Source of the DNA: Paraspadella gotoi
Taxonomy: Eukaryota; Animalia; Chaetognatha
Direction of reading: 5' to 3'
Length of the DNA: 64,000 nucleotides
Assembly: GCA_051294375.1 (NCBI GenBank)
Contig: CM119271.1
Coordinates: 3,806,610 to 3,870,609, forward strand
The notes below the pieces were generated by a model. It saw nothing but the letters and a program-made list of their open reading frames with translations. It ran no database searches and had not been told where the DNA came from. Shown here piece by piece: positions 40,530-53,765 of the stretch. Both the position numbers and the translations under genes were made by a program. How positions within the stretch are numbered: position 1 is the stretch's first letter; each line of letters begins with the position of its first letter.

Positions 40530-43500
40530 CCTGATACTGTATGGACTAATGAGTGGATGCATTATACAATTTAAGCATATTGAATATTTATCGAAGCGTT
40601 AGTGAAGCTCTTGTGCTTCGCAAAAATCTTATCTTCAATATCACCGCTATAGCGAATAAATCAACGACCAACAAAACCGACCGACCAAAAAATATCCGTT
40701 CAAACGCGCGTGGACGCATGAAACAAAAGGCAAACCTGGAATCGGAGATAAGGGAAAAAAGAAAAGAAAAATGGATGAAAGAAGAAAAGAAAAGAAAAAA
40801 AAAAGAAGGAAAAGACATTAGCGAAAAAGGAAGAAAAAACGTTATAGAGGTCGCCTAGGGAAAAACAGGGGAAAAAAAATAGCGGAATGAAAGACTGAAA
40901 ATGACGAAGCTGTCGTCCATTCAGGTTTGGCGCGGTTCGATGCCACAACCAAGCGCCTAAGTTTTATTTAAGTTGAAAGAAAAACGAAAAAAAACAACGA
41001 AAGTTTACTTTATATATATATTATATACTTGTTATATTTTTAAGAAAACCGTATCAAATATGAGAAAAGATCTAAACGGCTACAACATGAAAATGAGATT
41101 GAAGAACTCTATCACATTATAAGTAAACTATAAGTGACTTTGCTACATTTGTCCGTAATTCGTCAATTCATGTTATTTTTCTACTTTCTTCTAGTTAAGT
41201 TTCACTCTGCTTTCAATGATTTTTTTTCCTCTCTACTTTCCACTTTTTCCTCTTTCTGACTTGCCTTTTTCCGTCCCTCCTTTCTTATCTTCATCCTTGA
41301 CATAGTAGCTTAAGTAAATAAACTTTAAAAAAATGTTTTTCTCGCCGGCCTTTCCTCTAAAAAGCATTAAGAACTCAATTTCCGCTCTTCCTGACCTGAT
41401 CAAATAACTACGTTTCCACTTCAACTCAACTCCCTTTCCACTCCAGCTCCAACTCCTTTTCCACTCTAGCTCAACTCCCTTTCCACTGCAGCTCCACTCC
41501 AGCTCCACTCTCTTTCCACCCTATTTCCAGTTCAGCTCCACTCCCTTTCCTGTCCAGCTCCGCTCCCTTTCCTCCCCAGTTCCTCTCCAGCTCCACTCCC
41601 TTTTCACTCCAGCTCCACTCCCTTTCCACCCCATTTCTACTTTCCCCACCTGACTTCCCTACCTAATAAAAGGTGATGAGAACAAAAGACTCAAAGCCCC
41701 GGATGTGAATCCAATTCGAAAATCTCCTCAGCGGATGTAATAAGAATTAACGGCCGTCTCGAGAATCATTTTTCCCGTCTCTCTCATCTCTCTCTCTCTC
41801 TCTTCTCTCTGCTCTCTCTCTCTCTCTGCTCTCTCTCTCTCTCTCTGTAAATTACCGCTATGAACCTTGGGGGTCAGATCTAAGAGCCGTACTTGGTCTC
41901 TAATTCACGACGGATGCAATTGCGGGATGCGTTGGAATCTGGATACCATGGTAACTAGACGCAAACCCTAAGTAATGAGAAACTGGATACGATTGATGAA
42001 TTTCGTTCAACCAATTATCAAATAATTATTTGTGCCGCAGTAACAGTTCACTTTAATTAAGTCCTCGAAAGCGCGGCCACTGGTTTAACAATCGCTTGAT
42101 CCACGTTGATGTTAACTTGACTTAAGACCTTTACGACCTTTAGATGACCAGCTCTTATAACCCTGAGACAAATATTCAATTTTTCGCTCATCCCATCATT
42201 TCCCCACTTTTTGGTTAAGTTCACGGTCTTTGGAAATCACGCGTTCACTCGGCCATTCCAATCTTCACAGTCTTTCACCATCGAGGCATCCTTCACCGAC
42301 TCACGTTTCCCCCTAATCTCTCGTCCTTTGCGGTTTCAAGATGAAAAAAAAATTCTCTTGGGTAATTTCTTTTTTAGATAGTTTTTTTTTTTTGGTTTAA
42401 AAGCAGCATTACCGGTGAGGGGGGGGGGTCCGGGGTTCAAGGCCTGCGAACGCACGGCAAAATCAGGGACAGTTTTTTTTTAACATTTTTTTTTTTGCCA
42501 GTGCAAGTTGCTAGTTGCTAGTTGCGATCACCGAGATATCGCAGTTAACTGCTTTGATTTTCCGTTTAATTATATTCAGTGTGATAAAACTATGTTTCTA
42601 ATAATAATAATATATTTATAAAAGTTAAAGAAGCTAAGATGTCTCTGCATCTTTAGAAATCAGTTAAAAAGAACCGAGAGATTTTTGACAGAATACAAAT
42701 TCTGGCTTTCGTCTTTTATCACTTCACTCTCTCCTCTCTTCCTCCAAAAAAATATCTCAAAGTCTCGACGCCGTCACTCCGGCAAACGCTTGTGGGTCAT
42801 AAAAAATCCGTGAAACTTTCGGTGAGAGTGAATCATTTACGACATCTCTCTTCCGCCTTTTTTTTTTTCGCTTCTAATCAAGTACCGTCAGTTATCTGCT
42901 TGAAATTGTCTCTCACTGACTGTTCTTCTTAAAAAAAAATCTTCACAGAAAACATCCATTTTCGATCAACTTGAGATTCACCAACTCGAATTTTAAATTT
43001 TGAGATTTGCTCGCGTGTTTTTGACGCGACTCGATCGCCCCAACGCGTCCGAGATTCTGCAAAACATTCAAATCGTCAAATATTTAGAAATCCCAAATTT
43101 GCCGATCGGGGAAAAAAATAAGGGATGAATACTAAGATGCAGCGACGATCATTATCGTTATCGTTATCGTTATCATTAAAATTAATTATAATTATTAACT
43201 TTTTGATTTCTTCAATTCCAATGATTGAAAACGCATGTTCTTTATATGAAATTGGTTATATATTATTGTTATATGAAATATGTTTTAAGCTTAACTGTTT
43301 AAGTTAATGCGTTTATCAATCTTGTTCATTAGAGTGGAGCATCAAGAACAAAAAAATTATTTTGAGTGATCGAACAATGATATTTAGATGTGAGATAGTA
43401 TGATTAACTAGTACAAAAAATATTTGGGTCATATTATCTCGGAACAGAATAGTAAAATATAAATATTTGGTAGTAATATCCTTATAAAATAGTAAATTTA

Positions 43501-44804
43501 AAAAAAATTTTTAAATAAAACTTTAATACAAATTCAAGATTCTTCATAAAAGTTGAATCAAAAATATAAAACATGTTATCAAAAATTCTGGTCATCTTCA
43601 AACGTTTAAAATGGGAAAAAAGGTGAAAATTCATGACTTTTTTTATTCTCTGAATAAAAACTTATATATGTTAAAACGTGATCAAAACATAAAATATTAT
43701 ATAACATATTTTATAAAAGTTTCTTAGTTTTTTTATAGCGAATCCAAATCAGTTCTTAAAAATAAAAAAAATATTATTTTGAAATTTGACGATTTTATAA
43801 GGATATTACTACATAAATAATTGAATTTGCTATACTGTTATGCTAAAAAAATTTTTTTTAAAAAATTTTAAAATTCATTAATTACATGTCTATAGCAGCA
43901 AAAAAATAATGTTCAATCACTCAATCTTTTCATCACTCCACCCTATTGTTCATAGCTTATCAACATGTATTAATATTAAAAAGTCTTACACATTTGCTTG
44001 GCCGCATTGAAAAAAGACCAACGATTCTGAATATTTGGTCTCTCGCCAAGCGTCAGCCTCGCTCCCTGTGGATATCCTCGTTTTTTTTTGAGAGAGAAAA
44101 AAAAAGGGGAGAAAAAGATGAGCCAAATATGCGGAGTCTCACTTTAAAAAAAAAAAGACTGGCTGCCATCAGAGACGTCGTGATTTCGCGAGAACTTGGG
44201 AGGCAAACGAGCGAGAGAGGTGGAGGGGGGGGGTTAAAGAGAGAGGGGGGGCGTGAGGCGTGGGTGTATGGAAATTGTTCACCGCCTTAAAAAATTGTTG
44301 TTGCTGAGTGACGTCAGGGTTTGAACTCTGTGAATTTTAACTCGTCGTTTTCCCCCAGACGGTTTCTTAAAAGTCGAGTGTATCTTCTTAGCTTATTACC
44401 ATGAGCGTCTTTTCGGAACCAAGGATGTTACCATATATACATATATAATTATATATATGAAGGAGCTGTCTCGGTAATGAAGGGGCCAAAAAATAGTATA
44501 CACCTCGTTCTGCTGGAGAACGTCGATGCAGTCTTAATGTATGATAGATGAATTTTTAAAAAAAAATAAAGATTTTTGATAACTGAGTTTTATTTGCTTT
44601 ACCAGGAATCCGAATTCTGACAAATTTTTGTCTGTTTGCATCAAAATATATCACTATTAACTGAACGAGTTTAAAAATCCTTTTAAACCGAACCACAAAT
44701 CGACGATGAAGTGCCCGCCATTTTGATGGATGTCCGTCTTCACGAGGAAAAATCCTAAAAGTCGTCATTTATATAATATTCGGTGCAATAAGTCATGACC
44801 TTCG

Positions 44805-44840
<36 letters not shown>

Positions 44841-44887
44841 NNNNNNNNNNNNNNNNNNNNNNNNNNNNNNNNNNNNNNNNNNNNNNN

Positions 44888-44918
<31 letters not shown>

Positions 44919-46017
44919 TATATATATTAAGGCGTAGTAAAATTATTAAATTTAACTTTAATTAAAATTCTAAAAGTGAGGAATGAACAACACTATACTA
45001 ATGAACATTTATGTAATAAAAAAATTTAGAATAAATTTTACAATTTACGCAGTGGGTCATATTTATACTAGTACTAAACCAATAAATGTTAAAATTTCAA
45101 AACAGTTTTTTCTAAGATTTTTTTTTAGATTTGGATTCGTCATAAAAAGTTTATATAAAGAAATATAACTCTTTTTGAAAAATTCTTTCATTAAGTGGGT
45201 CAAAAATTAGAAAAAGCTATGTTTTAAGCTGAAAATTAAATTTTTATATATTAAATATAGTTTTTTTAATTTTTAACCCACTTAATGAAAACAATTTTAA
45301 AAAATGATTTATATTTTCTTTTATCCACTTTTGACGAGGAATTCAAATCTGTAATCAAAATTAAGAAAAACCTATTTTGAAATTTTTCGATTTTATAAGG
45401 ATAGTACTATATATAAATATAGCCTACTGCGAAAATTAAAAAACATAAAATTAGTTTTTTTTTAAAAATTAATGTTCACTGATGGTATGTTGTTCATAAT
45501 TGACTTTTAGAATCTTCGTATGTAACTTTCACTACACCTTAATATATATATATATATAGAGAAAGAGAGAGAGAGAGAGAGAGAGATTTTCGACGACTAT
45601 TACGATAGAGTTTGAAGAAGTTTTTTTTTTTGTGTCGTTTCTGATGTCATTTCTGACCTTATCTTTCCGCTGGACTCAAAAGTCACATCTTTCTTTCTTT
45701 TATCATGAAGTCTGATTTAATTTTTAACGAGTTACCACGTCGCGTATTTATTTAATTTTTTAATTATGCTGCGTATGTGTGGAGTGAAATTTTTCAAAGG
45801 CGCATATTGAAAAAGTCCACCGTCCACTTCGTCATCCCATAACTAGAGTCTCCTTTGTCATCCCATAACTAGAGTCTCCTTTGTCATCCCATAACTCGAG
45901 TCTCCTTTGTCATTTTTCGTTTTAAACTTGAGACGAGAATCCATTTAAAGATGGCGAACGAAGTCTACTTTTGGGTCCGACAGATGGCTTTTTATTCTAA
46001 GAAACTCCCTTCCCCCT

Positions 46018-46049
<32 letters not shown>

Positions 46050-46184
46050 CATCTCCTCCTCTTTCTCTCAGTCTCTCTCTCTTTCTTCTTTTTTTCATTA
46101 ATTACACTTCTGCACTGATCTTGCTGCTTCCTGTTTCTACTTCAGTAACAAGATTACACTTAAAAAAATTATCTGTAGACTCAA

Positions 46185-46222
<38 letters not shown>

Positions 46223-46373
46223 CTTCTCTCTCTCTCTCTCGTCTCTCTCTCTCTCTCTCTCTTCTGAAATAAGAGAAAACACACCATTCTCAGGCTTTCC
46301 TTCTCTCAACTGAGAAAAAATTTGCTGCCAGCTCTCCTCATCTTGTTTGGTTTCACCAAAAAAAAAATAATTA
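40530..46373 (-). CDS. Putative multi-exon gene of unknown function on the minus strand
   Basis: Two exon pairs splice in frame at GT-AG introns: 46285-46373 + ~46106-46172 (GETKQDEESWQQIFSQLREGKPEN-DNFFKCNLVTEVETGSSKISAE) and 44603-44754 + 44504-44532 (FDANRQKFVRIRIP-DCIDVLQQNE). Further exon-like segments near 43990-44070, 42950-43056, 42060-42163 and 40530-40650. Confidence 0.4.
41414..41645. repeat. ~22-bp pyrimidine-rich minisatellite (TTTCCACTCCAGCTCCACTCCC)
   Basis: About 10 degenerate tandem units. Confidence 0.85.
43400..43930. mobile_element. Old degenerate relative of the MITE
   Basis: ATTTTGAAATTTGACGATTTTATAAGGATATTACTAC matches 45375-45410; ends not recognisable. Confidence 0.4.
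44931..45538. mobile_element. Non-autonomous DNA transposon (MITE) with TTAA target duplication; Kolobok-like
   Basis: TTAA-GGCGTAGT...ACTACACC-TTAA, with internal inverted symmetry, embedded in (TA)n; homologous in inverted orientation to 55657-56187. Confidence 0.75.
45831..45913. repeat. 26-bp tandem repeat, three copies (GTCATCCCATAACTAGAGTCTCCTTT)
   Basis: Head-to-tail units with no spacers and one substitution. Confidence 0.9.
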
Positions 46374-46568
46374 CTGTAAAATGCGATAATTAATTAATTA
46401 ATGTGAGGCAGAAAAAGTTAATCAAGAATAGTCATTTAATGAAAAATATGTAATATTGATTAAGAGACGCATTGCGCTACTTCTGAGCGCATTTGTCATC
46501 AGTTTGTCATTTTTCATTTGTTATCCGTTTTACATTGGCGACGAAAATTTCATGTATTCTTTAAAAAA

Positions 46569-47209
46569 ATGGATCCGAGGACAATACCTAGTCCAAAAAA
46601 TGAAATCTCTCTCCTATTGCTGATTTTCGGAAACCTCTTACACTTGTTGGATTTGCTTACCGATTTAACCACGATTTGCAAATTTTTGTCCTCAAAAATT
46701 ATTTTCACAAATTTGATTGGTTGGGCTCTTATCTCCGTCCTGGTCTTTCACTCTCTCATAGCGACAATGGTTTTTGAGGCATTTGTTAAAAAACACCATC
46801 GTTTGTACCCTAGGTTTTTAAAAAAAAATATTAACAGATTCGCCACTTTAATCCTGAACCTTTTCGGACTCGGTGCCGTTGCAATCAGTGTGGATTATTA
46901 TTTGGAAGGGCGTGACAATCATCAAACGATGCAATTTAAAAACGAGCTGATCATGAAAACAAATTTGTTGCAAGCTTTTTTGGAGAGCTTTCCCCAGTTT
47001 ATTTTACAAGCATTAGCAACGTTTTTGGCCTGGGTCAACAATGTGAATGCGATATGCCTACCCACATATTTTAGGGAAAGTCTGAAGTTAAAAATACCAA
47101 AGGGGGGAAATATTATGATTGAAGTTGGTACTAATGGAACTATAAAAGAAACAGAAGAATGGTGTTACTGTATTTACGAAATATACCTCGCTCCAATTTT
47201 GAATGAAAA
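46569..47209 (+). CDS. XK-related (XKR/CED-8 phospholipid scramblase family) protein, N-terminal exon
   Basis: First TM segment with LLDLLTDL (D-x-x-T-D), further hydrophobic helices, and LLQAFLESFPQFILQ matching the XK-family FLES.PQ..LQ signature; first ATG at 46569 (MDPRT). Confidence 0.72.
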
Positions 47210-47331
47210 GTAACTCTGCTATAGATAAATGAGTAGCCTGTTTTAGTTTCTTAATATGTAATATGTGATATCGAGTAACTCTGCTATAAATAAATGAGTA
47301 GCCTATTTCAGTTTCTTAATAATTAATATCG
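47210..47331. repeat. ~65-bp tandem duplication starting exactly at the end of the XKR ORF
   Basis: GTAACTCTGCTATA.ATAAATGAGTAGCCT.TTT.AGTTTCTTAAT occurs twice. Confidence 0.8.
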
Positions 47332-47800
47332 AGGAGATCAGTAAGAGAGTAAGATTTTAAAGTTTATTTAATAAATATCAATTAGTATTTTCTTTATGTA
47401 CTTGTATAATATGCTGCAATCGCTCATTCATTCTCTCATGATCATAAGTTTTATACTTGTTTAATGTTTAGTAATGTAACCACATAGAATTACGGTCACG
47501 CTATCAGTAAGTAAATGCCACATGTTTCAAATAATATTTGATCGTTTTGATTAAAACTTAACATAGAAGTGATAAACAATAAAATGCTGGTGGTGCATAT
47601 TTTTCACACTTGTGTAATTAAAATCGAATCAGAAAATGCAGGCACGGATGCGCCATGAGCCTTATAAATCTGGCCCTTCTTGTTTTTCTATTTTGAAAGA
47701 AATTAAATAAGAAAGAAAGGAGAATAAATACTAAATTTAGATAAATATTCAGGCCTGCATCCAAGTGTATTCCCTAAGTAATCTCGGTTTATTTTAATCA

Positions 47801-48021
47801 ATGAAAGATTGGTACATACAAAAAAATTTATCCATCATTAATAAATCAGGCTAGCTTGCCCTGACTTTGATCAGGCTTTGGTGGTTGTGAGCCTCCGATT
47901 CACTCTTACAAGATAATTGACGATAAGTGCAGGTGTCCCCTGCAAGCCTTTCAATGCAAGACTCTCTCACAGATCTCGTTATATCCACTCCAGAGTACCT
48001 GGCTTCCCTATCAATGAAGTG
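47801..48021 (-). mobile_element. Same dispersed element inside the XKR-like intron; may extend to about 48500
   Basis: Shared motifs and a shared end (CCAAT(C)TTTCAT on the element strand); residual ORF HFIDREARYSGVDITRSVRESCIERL. Confidence 0.6.
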
Positions 48022-48625
48022 GAAAATATTCAATGAATGTTTCTCATATCATGTATAAAGACACAATATCATTTCCTATGTTATTTCGCATTAACGTAGA
48101 TTGCATCCAGAATACTCGTTATTTATGCTGTTCAGGCTATCTATTAACGCAAGAATGCTGCGTGTCTGGAACGTACAAAGAATACAACGCCTTGTATCAT
48201 GGCAATGATCGACCCAACTCAGTTCTGTCACAAGTAGTGTGATTGTAAGCAAATTCACAAAATGGTTGAACCATCCTGAAAATTAGGTCTGAAATCCTTA
48301 GACACGCATAATCAATCAATACGTTGTGGGCAGCCGTACGCAAAGAGTCAGAATAACGATCAAATGGTACATCGGGCGTTATTGGTATCTCTTTCTCTCC
48401 TTTCCTGTAACTTCTATTGAGATGTGACATCTCTCATAGATCTGAAATATCGCTACTTTGCATTTGCCTGTAATCGATGTTTCTCTTTAAATAACCAGAG
48501 AACAAGAATTCGACAAATTCTGTTATTCACTTGATTTATGGCTCCGCGTCATCAATGGATTATCGTTTTCTTTTTTTTTTGTTTTCACAACATTTAGAGG
48601 TCGATTCGAATAAAATTGGTTTCAG

Positions 48626-49933
48626 ACGAGTCAGTCCAAGGAGTTGCACACAAAATTGATTATCAACGAAATTTCTCACTGTACGAGTACTTTTGGCCAG
48701 TTTAAAAAGCAATGGGAGAATGTTTTTGCGACATCATCCGAATCATGCGGAAACAAATGTAAAAAAAAAACTCTCAACACTTCTTCGATGTTTTTAAAAA
48801 AGGTGAATATTGACCTTCTTACTCGCGATCTTGGAATTATGACTCTTTTTCTGCTCGCAGACATTTTTTTAAGTTCAATCCACAGTTTCCTTTTCATTAG
48901 TATAAATAAAATTTTAAATAAATATATTTTTACGTTTTTTTCTCTTATTATTTTAAGTTGTGGTATTTACTTGATATTATACTCTTATGTTTACCACATT
49001 AACTTACCTAACATTGCAGCTCAAGATTTAGAAGTGTATAAGAGGCATCCATTAGTCAACGGCGACAAATCATTAAAATTAACTCGACACTCAACACTCA
49101 ACAAACTGTTCGTGAAAATGTTTAATTCGTACAGACGGGTAACTTTTTGCTCAAGTTTTATTCCATATTTTACTTTAGTAACCGTTTTTGTTATAATATT
49201 AATGGCAGAAAAAAAAATTTTGGCCCGAAATTCTCAAAACGCGGTTCAAGATTTTGTTGTTATTTTATTATCCATTTTGAATTTTTCGCCTTTTTTTTTC
49301 GTACTTTTACACTACAAAAATCAGGACTGGTTAGAAAAAGATACTTTTAATTGGCTTTTACAATTTTGTAAATTGTCCAGAGGTAAAACGGTTTTTTACG
49401 TTGAAGGGAAAAATTCTGAACTTGGGCAGAAACTCATCAATTTTTCGTACGAGTATGAAAATCTTGTTTTTCTGCTTTGCATCTCTTTTTTACCCCTTTA
49501 CACTTTGGTATTATCATTCATAAAAAGGTTTCGAATAAAAAAATATACATGGGTACTAAAAATATCTTTGGCTGGGATTGGAATTGCCATTTTCTTTTCG
49601 ACTTTAAACATTAACAAACAGGAAACAGAGATCGTTTCTCAATTTTATTGGATATTCTACACAGATGATAAAGCTTATAAGGAGGAAATGTCAAGATTAT
49701 TTGGATTCGAATACGTTTCCTCAGTATATTTCTCGGGTATAATCCCAATTTTTAGGTTTTTCGCAATGGCATCGGCCAGATTTCCGCATTTATGCGAGAA
49801 TCAAAGCTCAAATATTGTCTTTTCACATTTCGTCAATTCCATCAAAAAGGAACAAATGAAAATGGCCCCACATATGATTATATATCTTTTCATTCCCGCG
49901 CTTTTTATTCTTATTGACTTTTATGTTTGTTAA
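48626..49933 (+). CDS. Long multi-pass membrane ORF (over 430 codons), probably exon 2 of the XKR-like gene
   Basis: Longest non-repetitive ORF in the window, with several hydrophobic segments; same strand and preceded by polypyrimidine/AG acceptors. The hydrophobic ORF 49974-50264 may continue it. Confidence 0.55.
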   Translation, partial: TSQSKELHTKLIINEISHCTSTFGQFKKQWENVFATSSESCGNKCKKKTLNTSSMFLKKVNIDLLTRDLGIMTLFLLADIFLSSIHSFLFISINKILNKYIFTFFSLIILSCGIYLILYSYVYHINLPNIAAQDLEVYKRHPLVNGDKSLKLTRHSTLNKLFVKMFNSYRRVTFCSSFIPYFTLVTVFVIILMAEKKILARNSQNAVQDFVVILLSILNFSPFFFVLLHYKNQDWLEKDTFNWLLQFCKLSRGKTVFYVEGKNSELGQKLINFSYEYENLVFLLCISFLPLYTLVLSFIKRFRIKKYTWVLKISLAGIGIAIFFSTLNINKQETEIVSQFYWIFYTDDKAYKEEMSRLFGFEYVSSVYFSGIIPIFRFFAMASARFPHLCENQSSNIVFSHFVNSIKKEQMKMAPHMIIYLFIPALFILIDFYVC

Positions 49934-50378
49934 TCGGAAATGGTATTGAAGAAACTGTCATTAAAATTTATTTTTGTTTCACTTACTACAAAGCATTTAC
50001 CGTGCTCGTGAGTACAAAATATTTTCTCACTCTTTTTACGTAATATTCTTTAAAATTTTATTGATGATTTGTTGTCTTTTTTCAGATTTTGCTACAAAAC
50101 TTTGTCTGCACTTTATTCTACTATTTAAAGCAGAAACAGTATATTTTAGAATTAATTTGTTAGAGAGAACAAAGTGTTTTGGAATTTTACAACGATTTTT
50201 ATTGTTAAGAGACGAACATGTTTCGGCTTGTTGCTTTCAAGCCTTCATCACTAACACTAAATAGCAACAAAAAAGAAAGTATTACCAAATCAAGAATCAA
50301 TTTGTATAAATTATTTACATAATCTAGTCTAGAGAGCGATTCAAAAGATACTACCTTGCTTCTCTGCCTTGGACATTT

Positions 50379-50498
<120 letters not shown>

Positions 50499-50763
50499 TA
50501 TTTTTATTCTTTGCAAATTAGAAATAAGTATCGATTAACTCTGATTGTAGCATTGACTATTGTTGTGGAATTGTTTGTTTTTTATTAACGAACCTTTTTA
50601 CTGTACCCAAAAGGTCATGCAGTCCGCAGAAAGCGTTCCCGGGGCCGTATCCCTAGATCCATCATTCATTCATTCTCTCTCACTCTTTCTTTCTCTTGCT
50701 CTTTTCACGTTTATAAATTTTTTGCCCAATGCCCTAAATTCCATCACATAGAATCCAACATAT

Positions 50764-50766
<3 letters not shown>

Positions 50767-50803
<37 letters not shown>

Positions 50804-50840
50804 TATCATCATCATCATTATCATAATTATCATCATTATC
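50767..50840. repeat. (CAT)n trinucleotide repeat
   Basis: Direct observation; shorter in the paralog near 60460. Confidence 0.9.
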
Positions 50841-53038
50841 ACAGCAATATACAATTGTTTTTTTCATTGTCAAATGCATCACTGAGTTCTTTTTCACTGT
50901 TATCACCTTCGACTCATGCAATTACGATCGGCATTCCCTTTGTAGACACACGAATGTAAACCATCAAGTTTAGTAACGAAAAGAGTAACTTATTTCTCAA
51001 TAAAAAAAAAATAAAAAAAGTCAAAAACCCGTTAATCAACTTAATGCGATCGTTCCGACGAGATCGACACCGGGTCATTTCCACGCGATGAAAATCGTCG
51101 CGCGATGATGAAAAAAAAAAAAACGTGATCGTTTGTGAACGATGATGACGATGATGACGACCGATGAGCGATGATGACGATGATTGACGACATACGATTG
51201 ATGACCGATGACTTGAGATACATTGACGATGATGACGATGGAACGACGATGACGACGATGGCGATGATGAATATAGCCGAGTATAGACATCCGTTGCTTA
51301 AGGCGGCACGAGGGAGAGACTGGATTCGTTGATTGGGGTAAGGGTACAGGGTAAGGGGAGACCGCACAGGGATACAGCGGGTACATGAGGTACAGGGGTT
51401 GAGGAGCCAAGAAAAGCATAAAAAGGGAAGGGCGAACCGCGAAGGAAAGAAGCCGACGATTTCCGGTCCAAAGGCGAATGATGATCTTTCGAGGCGAAGA
51501 AAGATTGACGAATGAACGACGATGACGTCGCGATGAATGAAAGATGAATGAAAGATGAATGAAAGAATTCGTGAGGATGAATGATTGCCGATGTGAGTTG
51601 GCGAATCGACGAGCGACCGAGTTTTGTAATAAATTTTTAATAATATTGTCGTAATAAAGTTACGATGAAAGACCACTCAAAAAAAGAAATATAATTTTAG
51701 AAGAATTTCATTTATTACAAAATACATTAAACAATTAGTATGAGGAACGAGTGAAACGTTGAAGATCGGCCTTGCTGAACTTTTGATCGGAGAAAGTTAC
51801 AATAATTTTATACGTAGTACAATATATAAATAAATATTGGTATCAAAAAAAAATATATATTATCCGTGACAGTATAAGGACCATTTTTACACACTACAAG
51901 CTGCATTATTTCTTGCTTTTCTTCCTTCCCGCATCCATTTTTCTCGCTATTTTTTGCTTTATCGGCTTTGCTTTTCTTCTTTCTCGCCATCCCCTTGCTT
52001 AATCAGCTTTGCTTCTCTTTCATCTAAACTTCTGACCCAAAACAACGATGCCGTTTATGAATCTACGACGTCATTTCGAATCGACGCCCGAAAAAAAAAA
52101 AAAAAAAACTGGCGTCGTCAGAAATCCATTCTCATCGTTCACAATTTCGATCGTTTCCCACAAAATCCGTTTTTCACGTCGAACGTTGAACCGAGTGAGA
52201 AAAAAAGTTTATCGTCGAAAATTGAAAACGTCAGGCGAAACAAAGCGTTTTGAGTCGAGCGCCGACTAGCGGGAGAAACGCTACGCCACCCCCTGGCGGG
52301 TAAAAGGCGCTGAAAGTTTTGACGCCGGGGAAAAACGATTGCCCGCCATTTTTCACGCGACGTTGAACACGGAAAGAATGAGAACGAGGGAGAAAAGATC
52401 AACCGACGTGAGAAGGAAACCGATGGCGACAGAGACGACGAAAAGAATGAATAAGAAAAAAAGAGTAAGTTATAGTAAGTAACATAGTAATATAAACGAA
52501 AGTTAAAACTACGAGGAAAATGTAGAAAAGGAAAAACAGAACAGCAAATAACAAAAGAAACAGATGGTAAGACCTTGACGAAAATGACGCGAAAAAATCG
52601 CACAAAACGAATAACAACAACAATAACAACAACAACAACAGCATAACGACCAGGCAACAGAAGATGCGTTTTCTATTTTTCAAAATTTGTAAATTTGTCA
52701 GGTTTATTACGAAACTTATTTATGACTATACTTAAAATATTTATATGACTAAACTTAACTGCCAGTCACTTAACTGCCAGTAACTGAACTGCCATCAAAA
52801 ATAAAGATTGCTTCTCGTTTTAAATNNNNNNNNNNCCGCAGCCGACGCCGCAGAAACCGGATCTGCCGCTGCGTTGCCGCGTCGTAACCTTCTTTTCCTT
52901 TTTTTTTTCTTTCCTTCAAATCTGGAAATGCAAATCGAAATTTTAATTTTTAATCTTCGGTGGGAAAAAGTCTCATTTTTCTTCGGCTGTGGGAGAGCAA
53001 GGGAGGAAATGGAGGAAAGGAAAGAAGGAGAATGGGAG

Positions 53039-53159
<121 letters not shown>

Positions 53160-53329
53160 GGAGACAACGAACAGCGGATGGAACAACGAAGAAAAATATT
53201 TGCGTTGAAAGGAAAAAGGAGAAGGGAGGAAAGGGAGGAAGAACGGGCGACGACTCGGAGGCAAATATTGGAATCGAAAGGAAAATGAAAATAAGAAAAG
53301 AAACTGAGATTGTGGAAAGTGGGGAATGG

Positions 53330-53765
53330 GAGAGAAAAGAGAGAGGAAAAAGATAGGAAAAAGAGAGGAAAAAGAGAGGAATCATTGAGGAAAAAATAGA
53401 AAAAACGAGAGGAGAAAGAGAAAGAAAGGAACAAGAGAGAAAAAAAAAGAGAGAGGAAAAGAGAGAAAAGAAAGAAGAAAAATAGTAGAAAAAAAGAGAA
53501 AAGAGAAAGGAAGAGAGAGAAAAGAGGAAGGAAAAGAGAGGAAAGAAAGAGGAAAAATAGAAAAGAGAGAAGAGAAAGAGAAAGAAAAGAGGGAGAAAAA
53601 GAGAGGAAAGAAAGAAGAAAAATAGAAAAAAGAGAGGAAAAGAGAAAGAAAGGAACAAGAAAGAGAAAAGAGAGAGGAAAAAAGAGAAAAGAAAGAAGAA
53701 AAATAGTAGAAAAAGAGAGGAAAGGGAAAGAGAAAGAAAAAATAAAAAGGCGAGGAGAAAAAGTG
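53330..53765. repeat. Purine-only (A/G) low-complexity tract
   Basis: Degenerate AGAGAGGAAAAGAGAAAAG units; source of spurious F/S/L-rich ORFs. Confidence 0.85.

Noticed and set aside
45831-45913. 26-bp repeats as a CRISPR array
   Set aside because: Head-to-tail with no spacers, no cas genes, eukaryotic context.
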